64,000 bases of DNA from Planctomycetota bacterium. GTDB lineage: Bacteria > Planctomycetota > SZUA-567 > H5-PLA8. Each line of letters begins with the position of its first letter. Position 1 is the first letter of the stretch. The translations under genes and the position numbers were made by a program. Below are positions 18,164 through 26,661 of this stretch, in pieces. The DNA is taken from the NCBI GenBank assembly GCA_045863855.1, contig BTVV01000025.1, positions 1 to 64,000 on the forward strand, in the 5' to 3' direction. A model generated the notes under the pieces. The model had not been told where the DNA came from and did no database searches. It was given only the letters and a program-made list of their open reading frames with translations.

Positions 18164-18970
18164 ATGCCCGCCTTGGTCGCCGCCCCCGCCCTGACCTCCG
18201 CACAACTGGCCGCGTACCACCGCGACGGCTACTACATCGCACGCGGACTCTTCAGTCCGGCCGAAGTCTTCGAACTGACCGATCACTACATGCGTCTGCA
18301 CGCAACGCGGCAGCTCAAGAACTATACGCACACTTCGTGGGAAGAAGCCGGCGGAGACATCCTTAAGGTCTACACGCGCGTGATGCACCCGCACCGCTGG
18401 GATACGCTCGCGCTGAAGTGGCTCCTCGACGAACGCGTCGCCGACGTGCTCCGCGCGCTGCTTGATGAAGACCCGATCGCGACGCAAAGCATGTTCTACT
18501 ACAAGCCCCCCGGCGCGAAGGGGCAGGCCTTCCACCAGGATAATTTCTATCTGCGCGTGCGCCCCAAGAGCTGCATCGCGGCCTGGACGGCGCTGGACCG
18601 CTCCGACCTCGAGAACGGCGGCCTGCAGGTCTGCCCCGGCACGCACACGATGGAGGTCGCCTGCCCCGAAGAAGCGAACGCCGACGAATCCTTCAGCACC
18701 CACCTTGTCCGGCCGCCCGAAGGGCACACGCCGGTCCCGGTCATCCTGGAACCCGGCGACGTGCTCTTCTTCAACGGCAGCGTCGTCCACGGTTCGACGC
18801 CCAACCGCTCGGCCACCCGCTGGCGGCGCAGCTACATCTGCCACTACGCGCCCGAGAGCTGCCACGAGATGTCCAAGTGGTACTTCCCGCTGCTGGATAT
18901 GCAGGGGCGCGAGGTGGTGCGCGGCGAGACCGCCGACGGCGGCCCGTGCGGAACCGAGTTCAAGAAGTAA
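18164..18970 (+). CDS. PhyH-family Fe(II)/2OG dioxygenase
   Basis: GQAFHQDNFY, ENGGL..PGTH, VVHGS, WRRS. Confidence 0.9.
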   Translation: MPALVAAPALTSAQLAAYHRDGYYIARGLFSPAEVFELTDHYMRLHATRQLKNYTHTSWEEAGGDILKVYTRVMHPHRWDTLALKWLLDERVADVLRALLDEDPIATQSMFYYKPPGAKGQAFHQDNFYLRVRPKSCIAAWTALDRSDLENGGLQVCPGTHTMEVACPEEANADESFSTHLVRPPEGHTPVPVILEPGDVLFFNGSVVHGSTPNRSATRWRRSYICHYAPESCHEMSKWYFPLLDMQGREVVRGETADGGPCGTEFKK

Positions 18971-18991
18971 ACGCCCAAGTTAACCGAAACG

Positions 18992-19024
18992 AAAAAGCGC
19001 CCGCCGATCGGCGGGCGCTTTTTT
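18992..19024. terminator. Bidirectional Rho-independent terminator
   Basis: Perfect palindrome AAAAAGCGCCCGCCGA/TCGGCGGGCGCTTTTT between convergent genes. Confidence 0.9.
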
Positions 19025-19045
19025 ATGCGTGCCCTGAAACTCGAA

Positions 19046-19372
19046 TTACATGCCCGCGGCGGCGCTCCGCAATCCCGGACGCTGCACCAGATGCGGGCCC
19101 ACGAGGCTGTCCACCAGCACCTGCATCGCAGACAGCACATGCCGGCTGCGGCATTCGATCTGCAGCTTGCTCCCGCCCAGTCGCACCGTCGCGACCGATT
19201 CGAAATTCATCCGCGCCGCATCGCCCTGCGGCACGCGCCAAACGAACTCTTCCAAGTCAGGCCGAAACGCCCCGCGCGCGAATTCCGGCATCCCGCGCAG
19301 CACGCGCGATACCGCCGGAATGTTGCGAACCTCGTAACAGACCGTAAATGGGGCCGGCGCCAGTTCAACCAT
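19046..19372 (-). CDS. Hypothetical protein (108 aa)
   Basis: GGAGAGG RBS before ATG 19372; globular alpha/beta-like composition; ends at the shared terminator. Confidence 0.6.
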   Translation of the reverse strand: MVELAPAPFTVCYEVRNIPAVSRVLRGMPEFARGAFRPDLEEFVWRVPQGDAARMNFESVATVRLGGSKLQIECRSRHVLSAMQVLVDSLVGPHLVQRPGLRSAAAGM

Positions 19373-19680
19373 GGCCGTCTCTTCCTCTCCGCAAACCAAC
19401 ATCGCTTCCCCCTTCCGCCCAAATGGACGCGCGCGGCGAACGCGGATTCAGCGTTCCCAAGCAAAATGGGCAGCGAAGCGACCGGATCGGAAAACGTCCC
19501 GAAGGCGCTTCGTGGAACCAATTAAATAATGCCTAAGAGCAGTTGGAGTTGATAAGCGCCGTTTCACGAACCGCAAGCCTAAAATCCCGAGAATAGATTC
19601 GCTCAACTCTATATAGCGTATAGTTTTGCACAGGTGAATAAGACCGCCAAGATACCTTCAAACCGTTGTATTCGCGTGCT

Positions 19681-21945
19681 TTACGGCGGCGCTTCCCACC
19701 AAGCTCGCCCTTCCCAGCCCGTGCCTTCAGGAACTCGATGCCCCAAGATCCCCAGCGCGCTGGGGGCTAAATCGAGCAACTTGGGCTCGGGGTTCCCTTC
19801 CTTCCAAGGGCGCGTCGAGAAAAGCACGCCCGGCACTTCTTCGGGATCGATCGAACAATGATCGCCCGACCACACCGAACGATTGGGCTCCATCACGCTG
19901 GCCGGAGCTCCGCCCACCACCGTCGACCACGAAACGCGGTAGCCCGGCTCGAAACAGATCTGCAAATCCGGCAACAGCGCGGCATGCGGTCCGCGATAAA
20001 GATCCTCCGCGCGCAGAACGCGCCGCACGATGGCCTTCCCCGTCTTCGGATCGCGCAGTTTCAGAAGCGTGTCGATCACGAGCTGCGTCACCAGTTCGCG
20101 TTCGGACTCCTGCACCACGCCCCACCGTTCGCGCCCCTTCAGGTTCAAATAGATCCCGCCCAAGCCCAGCGCATAGGCTTGCGTGCGTGTGAAGTCGATG
20201 CGATTGAGGTTCTCGCCCGAAGTCACCTGCCTCGCGTCGGCGGGCAGGCTTTCGGCGCGCGTGGCCAGCAGTCCCGCTTCGCGCAGCGCCGCATTGAGAT
20301 GAACCTGCGTATCGAACGCCGCGAAGCCGTGATCGCTGACGATCAGCACTTCCGCGTCCAGTTCTTCCGCGCGCGCCAGCGCCTGCCCCACGATGCGATC
20401 CATGCGCCGGTAGACCTCGCGCAGCGCCGCGACGCCGCCCGCGGCTTGGGCCGGTTCGTGCAGCGGATGATCCGGCGAAAGATGCCGCCACAGGATATGC
20501 CCCGCGCGATCGGTGGCCATGAAGACCGCCATTAGCATATCCCAGCGGTCCTGCTTCAACTCCCGAGCGAAGAGCGCTTCGTGCGCATCCAGCACCGCAT
20601 TCAGATCGTCTAGAAACGCCGCGTCCGGCAGCACGCCGTCTTTCGCCGGATGCGTCGCGATCGCCCAGCCCGCGGTGGGAAACGTGCCCGTCGCCGCGGC
20701 CAGTTCGGCGGCGTAGTCGTGCGGAAAAGAAAGCGGCACATGCGGCGGCACGCGCGCCGGATCGAACATCGCCGGTCCCACGAGCACGCGCACGCGCGCC
20801 GGATCGCCCGGATCGGGCAGCCAGACTGCGCGCAGTTGCGCGCCCAATTTCGCCACCGGCGAAAAGCGAAACTCCACCAAAAACGGCTTGGACCAGACTT
20901 CGGCTGCGAGCTCCTGAGCCGCCGCCGAACCGATGCGCAGGCGCCTCGATTCCGGCTCGAACGTCACTTCCAACTCGGCGGGCTCGCCTTGGGGCAACGG
21001 ATTTTTCGGACCCGCCAGGGTCCCGCGATACAAGCCGCCTGCGGCGGACCACGGTTGCAGCGTGCCGTACGTCTCCGTCGACCCAGCTTCCTTCGCGGCG
21101 CTGTCGAAGAGCGTCCACGAATACTGAGTCTTATGCAGATCGGGTACGCCGAAGCCGCTGAGCATGCGCAGATTCGGCGCGTCCTCGGCGGGGAACGTAA
21201 GCGGAAAGCGCAGCATCGTCGTGCGCACTCCGGCGTCGGCGGCGACTTTCCAAAGCGTTGTGCCGTCGCGCAGGTTCCGCGCGCGCGGAACCTCGAACGG
21301 CACCCCATGCGTCAATACCCATCCCGCGCCCCATGCCAGGCACGCGGCGATCGCGCCCGCCGTCAGACCGCGCGCACGCGCGCCACCCAGCCGCAGCGCG
21401 CGCAGCACGCTCAGCCATGCCGGAACCGTCAACAACCCGGCCAGCCACGCCGCCGCCCAGCGCCACGGCGCCGGCCAGCCGAACGGCTGCGTTTCTTCCC
21501 GCGCCAGCGTCAGGTAGGGGCGCATCGTCGCCGGATCGCGTCCGACGAAGTCGGCGATGGACGTGACGCCTGGGTTGGCCGAACACGCCGCGCCCGCCCA
21601 AGCGACGGGGGTCTGCGCGGGCACCGTCGTCGCCAGCGGCCTGAACGTACCGCGCTTACGTAAAGCGTCGAGGTGCTCGAGGTACGGTTTGCCCGTCGCC
21701 GGATCGAGTTCGTCCATCCAGCGCACGCATAACTTGGGGTCCGCGCCGTCGAAGCCGAGCACGATCAATTTCTTACCGTGAGCGGGCAGTTGCCGGGGCG
21801 GAGAAGCGCGCGGCCTAGCAACTTGGAAGCCCCATGCTAAAACGCCACTCAGCAGCGCGCCGATGACCAAAGCCATGCGGAGCCTGCGTCCGGGGCGATG
21901 CGGCGGTATGGGCAGTGCTTCCGTCATCTCGATTCCGGCAGGCAT
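19681..21945 (-). CDS. Alkaline phosphatase superfamily, type I phosphodiesterase/nucleotide pyrophosphatase family, membrane-anchored
   Basis: VLGFDGAD, TTVPAQTPVAW nucleophile segment, TDRAGH, IVSDHGF, WSGDH, LLDLAPS. Confidence 0.88.
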   Translation of the reverse strand: MPAGIEMTEALPIPPHRPGRRLRMALVIGALLSGVLAWGFQVARPRASPPRQLPAHGKKLIVLGFDGADPKLCVRWMDELDPATGKPYLEHLDALRKRGTFRPLATTVPAQTPVAWAGAACSANPGVTSIADFVGRDPATMRPYLTLAREETQPFGWPAPWRWAAAWLAGLLTVPAWLSVLRALRLGGARARGLTAGAIAACLAWGAGWVLTHGVPFEVPRARNLRDGTTLWKVAADAGVRTTMLRFPLTFPAEDAPNLRMLSGFGVPDLHKTQYSWTLFDSAAKEAGSTETYGTLQPWSAAGGLYRGTLAGPKNPLPQGEPAELEVTFEPESRRLRIGSAAAQELAAEVWSKPFLVEFRFSPVAKLGAQLRAVWLPDPGDPARVRVLVGPAMFDPARVPPHVPLSFPHDYAAELAAATGTFPTAGWAIATHPAKDGVLPDAAFLDDLNAVLDAHEALFARELKQDRWDMLMAVFMATDRAGHILWRHLSPDHPLHEPAQAAGGVAALREVYRRMDRIVGQALARAEELDAEVLIVSDHGFAAFDTQVHLNAALREAGLLATRAESLPADARQVTSGENLNRIDFTRTQAYALGLGGIYLNLKGRERWGVVQESERELVTQLVIDTLLKLRDPKTGKAIVRRVLRAEDLYRGPHAALLPDLQICFEPGYRVSWSTVVGGAPASVMEPNRSVWSGDHCSIDPEEVPGVLFSTRPWKEGNPEPKLLDLAPSALGILGHRVPEGTGWEGRAWWEAPP

Positions 21946-21985
21946 TATGGCGAAGCGACCGTTTCAAGACACCGTTATATTCGCC

Positions 21986-22014
21986 TTGACTTCCCATGAA
22001 AATCAGATTAAATG
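21986..22014 (+). promoter_or_regulatory. Putative sigma70 promoter upstream of the structured RNA
   Basis: TTGACT followed after 16-17 nt by TTAAAT/TAAATG. Confidence 0.45.
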
Positions 22015-22047
22015 CATCTAGTAGTTGATTTCCAAATACCGACTGTC

Positions 22048-22225
22048 CTCGTCGTGTGTTTCGGCTCACCGCTTGTGTTTACGCAATGGCCCCTTCGGCC
22101 CGTTTTCGAACGGCCTGAGGTGGGCCTGCATAAGGTGACCGAACATCCAGGCTCGGGCGGACGGCATAAGGTATACGCCGCGCTCGTTGGCTGGGTGCGC
22201 CGCGAAACACGATTCGATCGCCGAG
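22048..22225 (+). ncRNA. Candidate ~180-nt rod-like structured RNA (6S RNA-like or a leader)
   Basis: Nested pairings found by eye: GTGTTTCG/CGAAACAC, GGC-CACC/GGTG-GCC, GTGTTTAC/GTATACGC, GCCCG/CGGGC, GCCTG/CAGGC, CCT/AGG; G-U pairs favour the + strand. Confidence 0.45.
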
Positions 22226-22374
22226 AGCCGTGATCCGGTCGCGTGCCGATGGGCGCGAGGCCCGAACGAGCTCCGGAGCCCTGCCTTTTTTCTTTCTGTC
22301 CGTCCGGACCCGGATCGCCTGCCCGGTCTGCCACGGCTTTTCTTTTCATCCCAGGTTTCACGAGGTCCGCTGAT

Positions 22375-22689
22375 ATGGGCGCCTGTTACAAGTGCAACGA
22401 GCCGTACCTGAACGATCAGGCCGTCGCCGCCGATGCCGTCTGCCAGAAGTGTTCGTCCTGGCTGCATTGTTGCGCCAACTGCTTGCATTACGACGAATAC
22501 AGCAAGAACAAATGCCGCGAAGCTCGCGCGCCGTTCGTCTTCGACCGCCACGGCCGCAACGACTGCAGCTTCTTCCGCTTCCGCGTCAAAGTCGTAGAAG
22601 AGAAGCCCAAGAAGCTCTCGCACCAGTCCGAGCAGAAGATGAAAGAGACCAAGGCCCGCGATGCGCTCAACGACTTGTTCCGGCGCTGA
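22375..22689 (+). CDS. Small Cys-rich putative metal-binding protein (104 aa)
   Basis: CYKC...CQKC...HCCANC...KCRE...NDCSFF (9 Cys); GAGG RBS. Confidence 0.75.
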   Translation: MGACYKCNEPYLNDQAVAADAVCQKCSSWLHCCANCLHYDEYSKNKCREARAPFVFDRHGRNDCSFFRFRVKVVEEKPKKLSHQSEQKMKETKARDALNDLFRR

Positions 22690-22744
22690 CGTTCGACGCG
22701 TTTGCCGTGGTCAAATCCGCGTAGTCTCCTAAACTCGCTTTCCT

Positions 22745-23635
22745 ATGAACGACGCCGCGTGTACCGCCGCGCCAAGGGATTTCCTGCAGCGCCGCGCCGA
22801 ACCCCTCGCGCAGGAAGCCGTATCTTCGCGTTATTTTCTGCTCACTCTTCGCGAGCCCGAGATCGCTCGCCGCGCGCGGCCCGGCCAGTTCGTGATGCTC
22901 GCCTGCCGCCCGGACGATCCCGCGTCTTGCGACCCGCTGCTCCCCCGCCCCTTGGCGGTTCTGGACGCCGATCCGGACGCGGGCACGCTGGCGCTGCTTT
23001 ATTATCAGGCCGGGCGCGGCACGGCGCTGCTGCATCGCACCGTCTCCGACGCGCTGGCCGGACGCGCGGGCGCGGCGCTGCGGATCATCGGACCGTTGGG
23101 CAACGGCTTCACGCCGCTGGAAAAGGTGGACGCGCACATCGGCGTGGGCGGCGGAAGCGGGGTCGCGCCGCTGGTTTTTTTCTTTCGCCGCCTGAAGGCG
23201 CAAGGCGAGCGGCGCCTGATTCTGGCCGCGCGCAGCGCCGAGCAGCTCGCGCGAGCCGATTGCGTGGCCGCGCCGCAAACGGCGCTGCACGAAGCGACCG
23301 ATGACGGAACGCGCGGCTTCCGCGGGAATGCCGTCGGCGCGCTCGCCGCGCTGCTCGACGGGCCGCTGGCCGGACGCAGACCGGGGCTCTACGTCGCCGG
23401 GCCTGAACCGATGATGGAAGCCGCCGCGCTGCTGGCGCGGCAGCGCGGGTTGCCCTGCCGCGTCTCGCTGGAAGCGCGGATGGCCTGCGGCGTCGGCGTC
23501 TGCCGTTCCTGCGTGGTCGAAGCGCTTACGCCGCACGCGCATTCGGGCTTGTTCCGCCGCGCGATCTGCCAGGACGGGCCGGTCTTCGATCCCGCCGAAC
23601 TGGCCGGGGTCTGGAGCGGCGTGGCGCGGCCGTGA
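22745..23635 (+). CDS. pyrK: Dihydroorotate dehydrogenase electron-transfer subunit-like (FAD/[2Fe-2S])
   Basis: PGQFVML, LLPRPL, GPLGNGF, GGGSGVAPL, GPEPMM, SLEARMACGVGVCRSC...ICQDGPVF. Confidence 0.85.
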   Translation: MNDAACTAAPRDFLQRRAEPLAQEAVSSRYFLLTLREPEIARRARPGQFVMLACRPDDPASCDPLLPRPLAVLDADPDAGTLALLYYQAGRGTALLHRTVSDALAGRAGAALRIIGPLGNGFTPLEKVDAHIGVGGGSGVAPLVFFFRRLKAQGERRLILAARSAEQLARADCVAAPQTALHEATDDGTRGFRGNAVGALAALLDGPLAGRRPGLYVAGPEPMMEAAALLARQRGLPCRVSLEARMACGVGVCRSCVVEALTPHAHSGLFRRAICQDGPVFDPAELAGVWSGVARP

Positions 23636-25059
23636 ACGGCGCGCTGCTGCATCTCGCCGCTTCGCCCGGAGCCGGCGGCGATTCGATGCAAGGCATCGTC
23701 TTTCTGTTCGCTACCATCCTTGCGTTGATTGTAGTGGCCGCCGCGGCCCTGATCGCGCTCAAACGCCGCCCGACCCATGCCGCGCTGCCTCCTTTAAGTA
23801 TGCTGACGACCTTTGCCGACGATTTGCCGCTGGCCGCGCCCGAGCCGCCCGCCGGGCGGCTCGACCGGCACCGCCACGAGACGGCGCTGGCCAGCCGTGC
23901 GCGTTTCGAAGCCTGCCGCATCGCCGCGGACTTGGGCTTGAGCGCCGGCGGAGCGGGCGAACCCGAAGGACGCGTCTGGATTCTCGCGGGCCCCGGGCCG
24001 ACCGGCGCGGTGGCGCTGGCCGTCGCGCGGCACCTCGAAGCCTGGGGCGTGCACGTGACGGCACAGGTGCTCGCCCCGCCGGAGAAGCTCGGCACGGACG
24101 CGCGCCGCGAGCGGCTCACGCTGGAGAAAGCCCGGTGCTCGCCCATCGACAGCCCCGTTCCCCGAGCGCTGGACGGCGTCGCCGTGCTCGTGGCGGGTGT
24201 CGAGGATGCGCTGCTGCCGAAGCTGCGCCGGGAAGCGCTGGCCGAACAATACCGCGAGGCCGCCGCCCAAGGCACGCGCATCGACCAGCTCGACGCCTTC
24301 GACGCGGTCTTCGTCCCGCCGGCGCCGCAGCGTGAGGACCTCACGATCCCCGTCCCTGGCCTGCCGCTGACACGCGAAGACGTCCGCCTGCTCGACGCCT
24401 ACGCCCAGGAACATTACGGCATCCTCGGCGCGGCCCTGATGGAGAACGCCGGCTACTGGGCCGCGCGCGAGACCTTTCTGGCGGCGCACGATCTGGCCGC
24501 GCGAAAAAACGGCGAAACGCCACGCGTCACGATTCTGTGCGGGCGCGGCAACAACGGCGGCGACGGGATGGTCGTCGCGCGTTATCTGCTTTGGTGGGGC
24601 CTTGAACCGCGCGTCATCCTGCTCGGCACGCGCGAACGCTGCAGCGAAGACTGCGGGAACAACTACGACCTGCTGGAACAGGAAGGCCTGAAGATCGCGG
24701 CCTTGTTCGACCCCACGCAATGGCCCCGCTTCGCCGGTGCACTGGATCAGGCTCACTTGATCGTCGACGCGGTGCTGGGCACCGGGATGAGCGGCGAAGT
24801 GCGCGGAGACGCGAAGGAAGCGATCGAGCGCATCAACGCCGCGCGCCGAGGCGGCGCGTGGGTGCTGGCCCTCGACTGCCCCTCGGGTCTCGACAACAAC
24901 ACCGGCGCGGCGCTGGGCGTCTGCGTGGAAGCCGACCTGACGGTGACGTTTGCCGCGCCGAAGGTGGGCTTCGCCTTGGAGCGCGGCCCTGAAGTATGCG
25001 GGCAAGTGATCCTGGCCGATATCGGGCTGCCGCGCGATCTCTATCGAAGAAAGAACTGA
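23632..25059 (+). CDS. nnrE: NAD(P)H-hydrate epimerase (YjeF_N/NnrE) with an N-terminal TM helix and an extra degenerate YjeF_N-like domain
   Basis: LMENAG, LCGRGNNGGDG, IVDAVLGTG, ALDCPSGL, ADLTVTF, ADIG in the C-terminal half; GTGA overlap with pyrK (alternative start 23686). Confidence 0.8.
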   Translation: MNGALLHLAASPGAGGDSMQGIVFLFATILALIVVAAAALIALKRRPTHAALPPLSMLTTFADDLPLAAPEPPAGRLDRHRHETALASRARFEACRIAADLGLSAGGAGEPEGRVWILAGPGPTGAVALAVARHLEAWGVHVTAQVLAPPEKLGTDARRERLTLEKARCSPIDSPVPRALDGVAVLVAGVEDALLPKLRREALAEQYREAAAQGTRIDQLDAFDAVFVPPAPQREDLTIPVPGLPLTREDVRLLDAYAQEHYGILGAALMENAGYWAARETFLAAHDLAARKNGETPRVTILCGRGNNGGDGMVVARYLLWWGLEPRVILLGTRERCSEDCGNNYDLLEQEGLKIAALFDPTQWPRFAGALDQAHLIVDAVLGTGMSGEVRGDAKEAIERINAARRGGAWVLALDCPSGLDNNTGAALGVCVEADLTVTFAAPKVGFALERGPEVCGQVILADIGLPRDLYRRKN

Positions 25060-25099
25060 TCTGAACCGCCTCAACTGTCGTTGCGGCTTTTCGGTAATC

Positions 25100-25131
25100 A
25101 CTGGAAACTGGAAACCGGTAACCGGAAACTG
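25100..25131. repeat. Heptamer tandem repeat (ACYGGWA) x4.5
   Basis: actggaa actggaa accggta accggaa actg, directly upstream of the MBL gene. Confidence 0.8.
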
Positions 25132-25136
25132 TTCTT

Positions 25137-25940
25137 ATGCTTTCTTTAGAGTTCCTAGGCAGCGGCACCTCCACCGGCGTGCCGACCATCGGCTGCGCGT
25201 GCGCGGTCTGCACGAGCAGCGATCCGCGCAACAAACGCCTGCGCCCGTCGGTCCTCCTGCGCGGCGGCGAGACCACCGTCGTCGTCGATACCGGGCCGGA
25301 TTTCCGCGAACAGATGCTTCGCGCCAAAGTTACCCAGCTCGACGCCGTCCTGATCACGCACTACCACGCCGATCATGTCGTCGGCATCGACGACCTGCGC
25401 CGCTTCAATCACCTTCAGAAGCGGGTCCTCGATTGCTGGGCCACCGAAGCGACTCAGGCACGCCTGCGTCAATGCTTCGGCTACGTCTTCAGCGAAACGC
25501 TGCGCCCCGGCCTGCCGAATCTGAAAGCGCAGACCATCTCGCCGGGACAACCGTTCACGATCGGCGACCTGCGCCTGGAACCCTACGAGATCGATCACCA
25601 TGTGATGGCCAACGTGGCGTTGAAGATCACTCGAGTCGGGTCCGATCCCGCGCGCGCCGAAGGCCCGGTGCTCGTGTATTGCATGGACGTGAAGCGTATT
25701 CCCGAGGCAAGCTACGCGGCGCTTGCCGGGGCCGATATCCTGATTCTCGATATGCTCCGCGAGCAACCGCACCCGACGCATATGAATTTGGAAGAATCGC
25801 TCGCCGCCGTCGAACGCCTCAAACCTAAACGCACCTGGTTCGCGCACATGGGGCATGAAGTCGATCACGCGACACTCGAAGCAAAGTTGCCGACATCGAT
25901 TCGGCTATCCTACGATGGACTGGTCGTTCGCTTGCCGTGA
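25137..25940 (+). CDS. Metallo-beta-lactamase-fold hydrolase (PhnP-like phosphodiesterase)
   Basis: LGSGTSTGVPTIGCACAVC, DTGPDFREQ, THYHADH, HPTH, AHMGH, YDGL. Confidence 0.9.
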   Translation: MLSLEFLGSGTSTGVPTIGCACAVCTSSDPRNKRLRPSVLLRGGETTVVVDTGPDFREQMLRAKVTQLDAVLITHYHADHVVGIDDLRRFNHLQKRVLDCWATEATQARLRQCFGYVFSETLRPGLPNLKAQTISPGQPFTIGDLRLEPYEIDHHVMANVALKITRVGSDPARAEGPVLVYCMDVKRIPEASYAALAGADILILDMLREQPHPTHMNLEESLAAVERLKPKRTWFAHMGHEVDHATLEAKLPTSIRLSYDGLVVRLP

Positions 25941-26013
25941 ACTTCGAAAGACTCCGCGCCGAACGGTGAAGTAGCCTGTATTCGTTGGAGCGGCGTCTCG
26001 GAGTTCCTGCAAC

Positions 26014-26652
26014 ATGGTGATTTCCTTTTTGGGCCTCCTGATTTTCGGCCTGCCGTTCATGCTGGCGGTGTGTTATTTCGTGGGCCGCTGGGCGGTGGCG
26101 CCGTTGCGAAGATCGCCGCCCCATCCCCTGCCCCCGACTCAGTTCCAGATCACGGACGGATACGTCCTGATGGGCCAATTCTCGCTTATTGCGCTCGTGC
26201 TGCTCGCCGCGCAAACCGGTAAGACCGGCTGGGAATCCTTGATTCCGCTGCTGCCGCTCTGGATGCTGTGCGCCTGGACGTGGTGGCTGGGCATCCGCTG
26301 GCTTTCCTGGTCGGGGGTACGCGCGGCGGCCAAGCGCGCGTGGGTGCTGGGCTGTGCGATGCCGCTGGCCTTTCTCGTCTTGCCGCTGGTGCTCGCCGGC
26401 CCGCTGACGATCGTGCGCATGAACTCCATAAGCGCAAGCGGCGGCGTGACCGCCGCGCCTCGTGACGTATTCCTCATCTACGGTTTAGAAGTGCCGACGC
26501 CCGCCGGAAACTGGTCGGGGTTGATCCTGACGATGCTGCTGTGCCTGCTCTTTGGGGTCGCCTTCTACGCGGCTCGAACGCTGGCCGTTTGGGCGGTGCA
26601 AGGTTCGCAGGGGCGCCATGAAGCGCTTCGCTCCGGCGAAAGCCCCGCCTAA
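26014..26652 (+). CDS. Hypothetical multi-pass membrane protein
   Basis: About 5 hydrophobic segments; GGAG upstream. Confidence 0.65.
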   Translation: MVISFLGLLIFGLPFMLAVCYFVGRWAVAPLRRSPPHPLPPTQFQITDGYVLMGQFSLIALVLLAAQTGKTGWESLIPLLPLWMLCAWTWWLGIRWLSWSGVRAAAKRAWVLGCAMPLAFLVLPLVLAGPLTIVRMNSISASGGVTAAPRDVFLIYGLEVPTPAGNWSGLILTMLLCLLFGVAFYAARTLAVWAVQGSQGRHEALRSGESPA

Positions 26653-26661
26653 GCCCCGGCG

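Noticed and set aside
22040..22300. tmRNA, RNase P, SRP RNA or glmS ribozyme identity for the structured region
   Set aside because: I did not find their hallmark sequences (tRNA-like ends, GAGGAAAGUCC, the SRP GGAA/GCAGC loop, or the glmS core)
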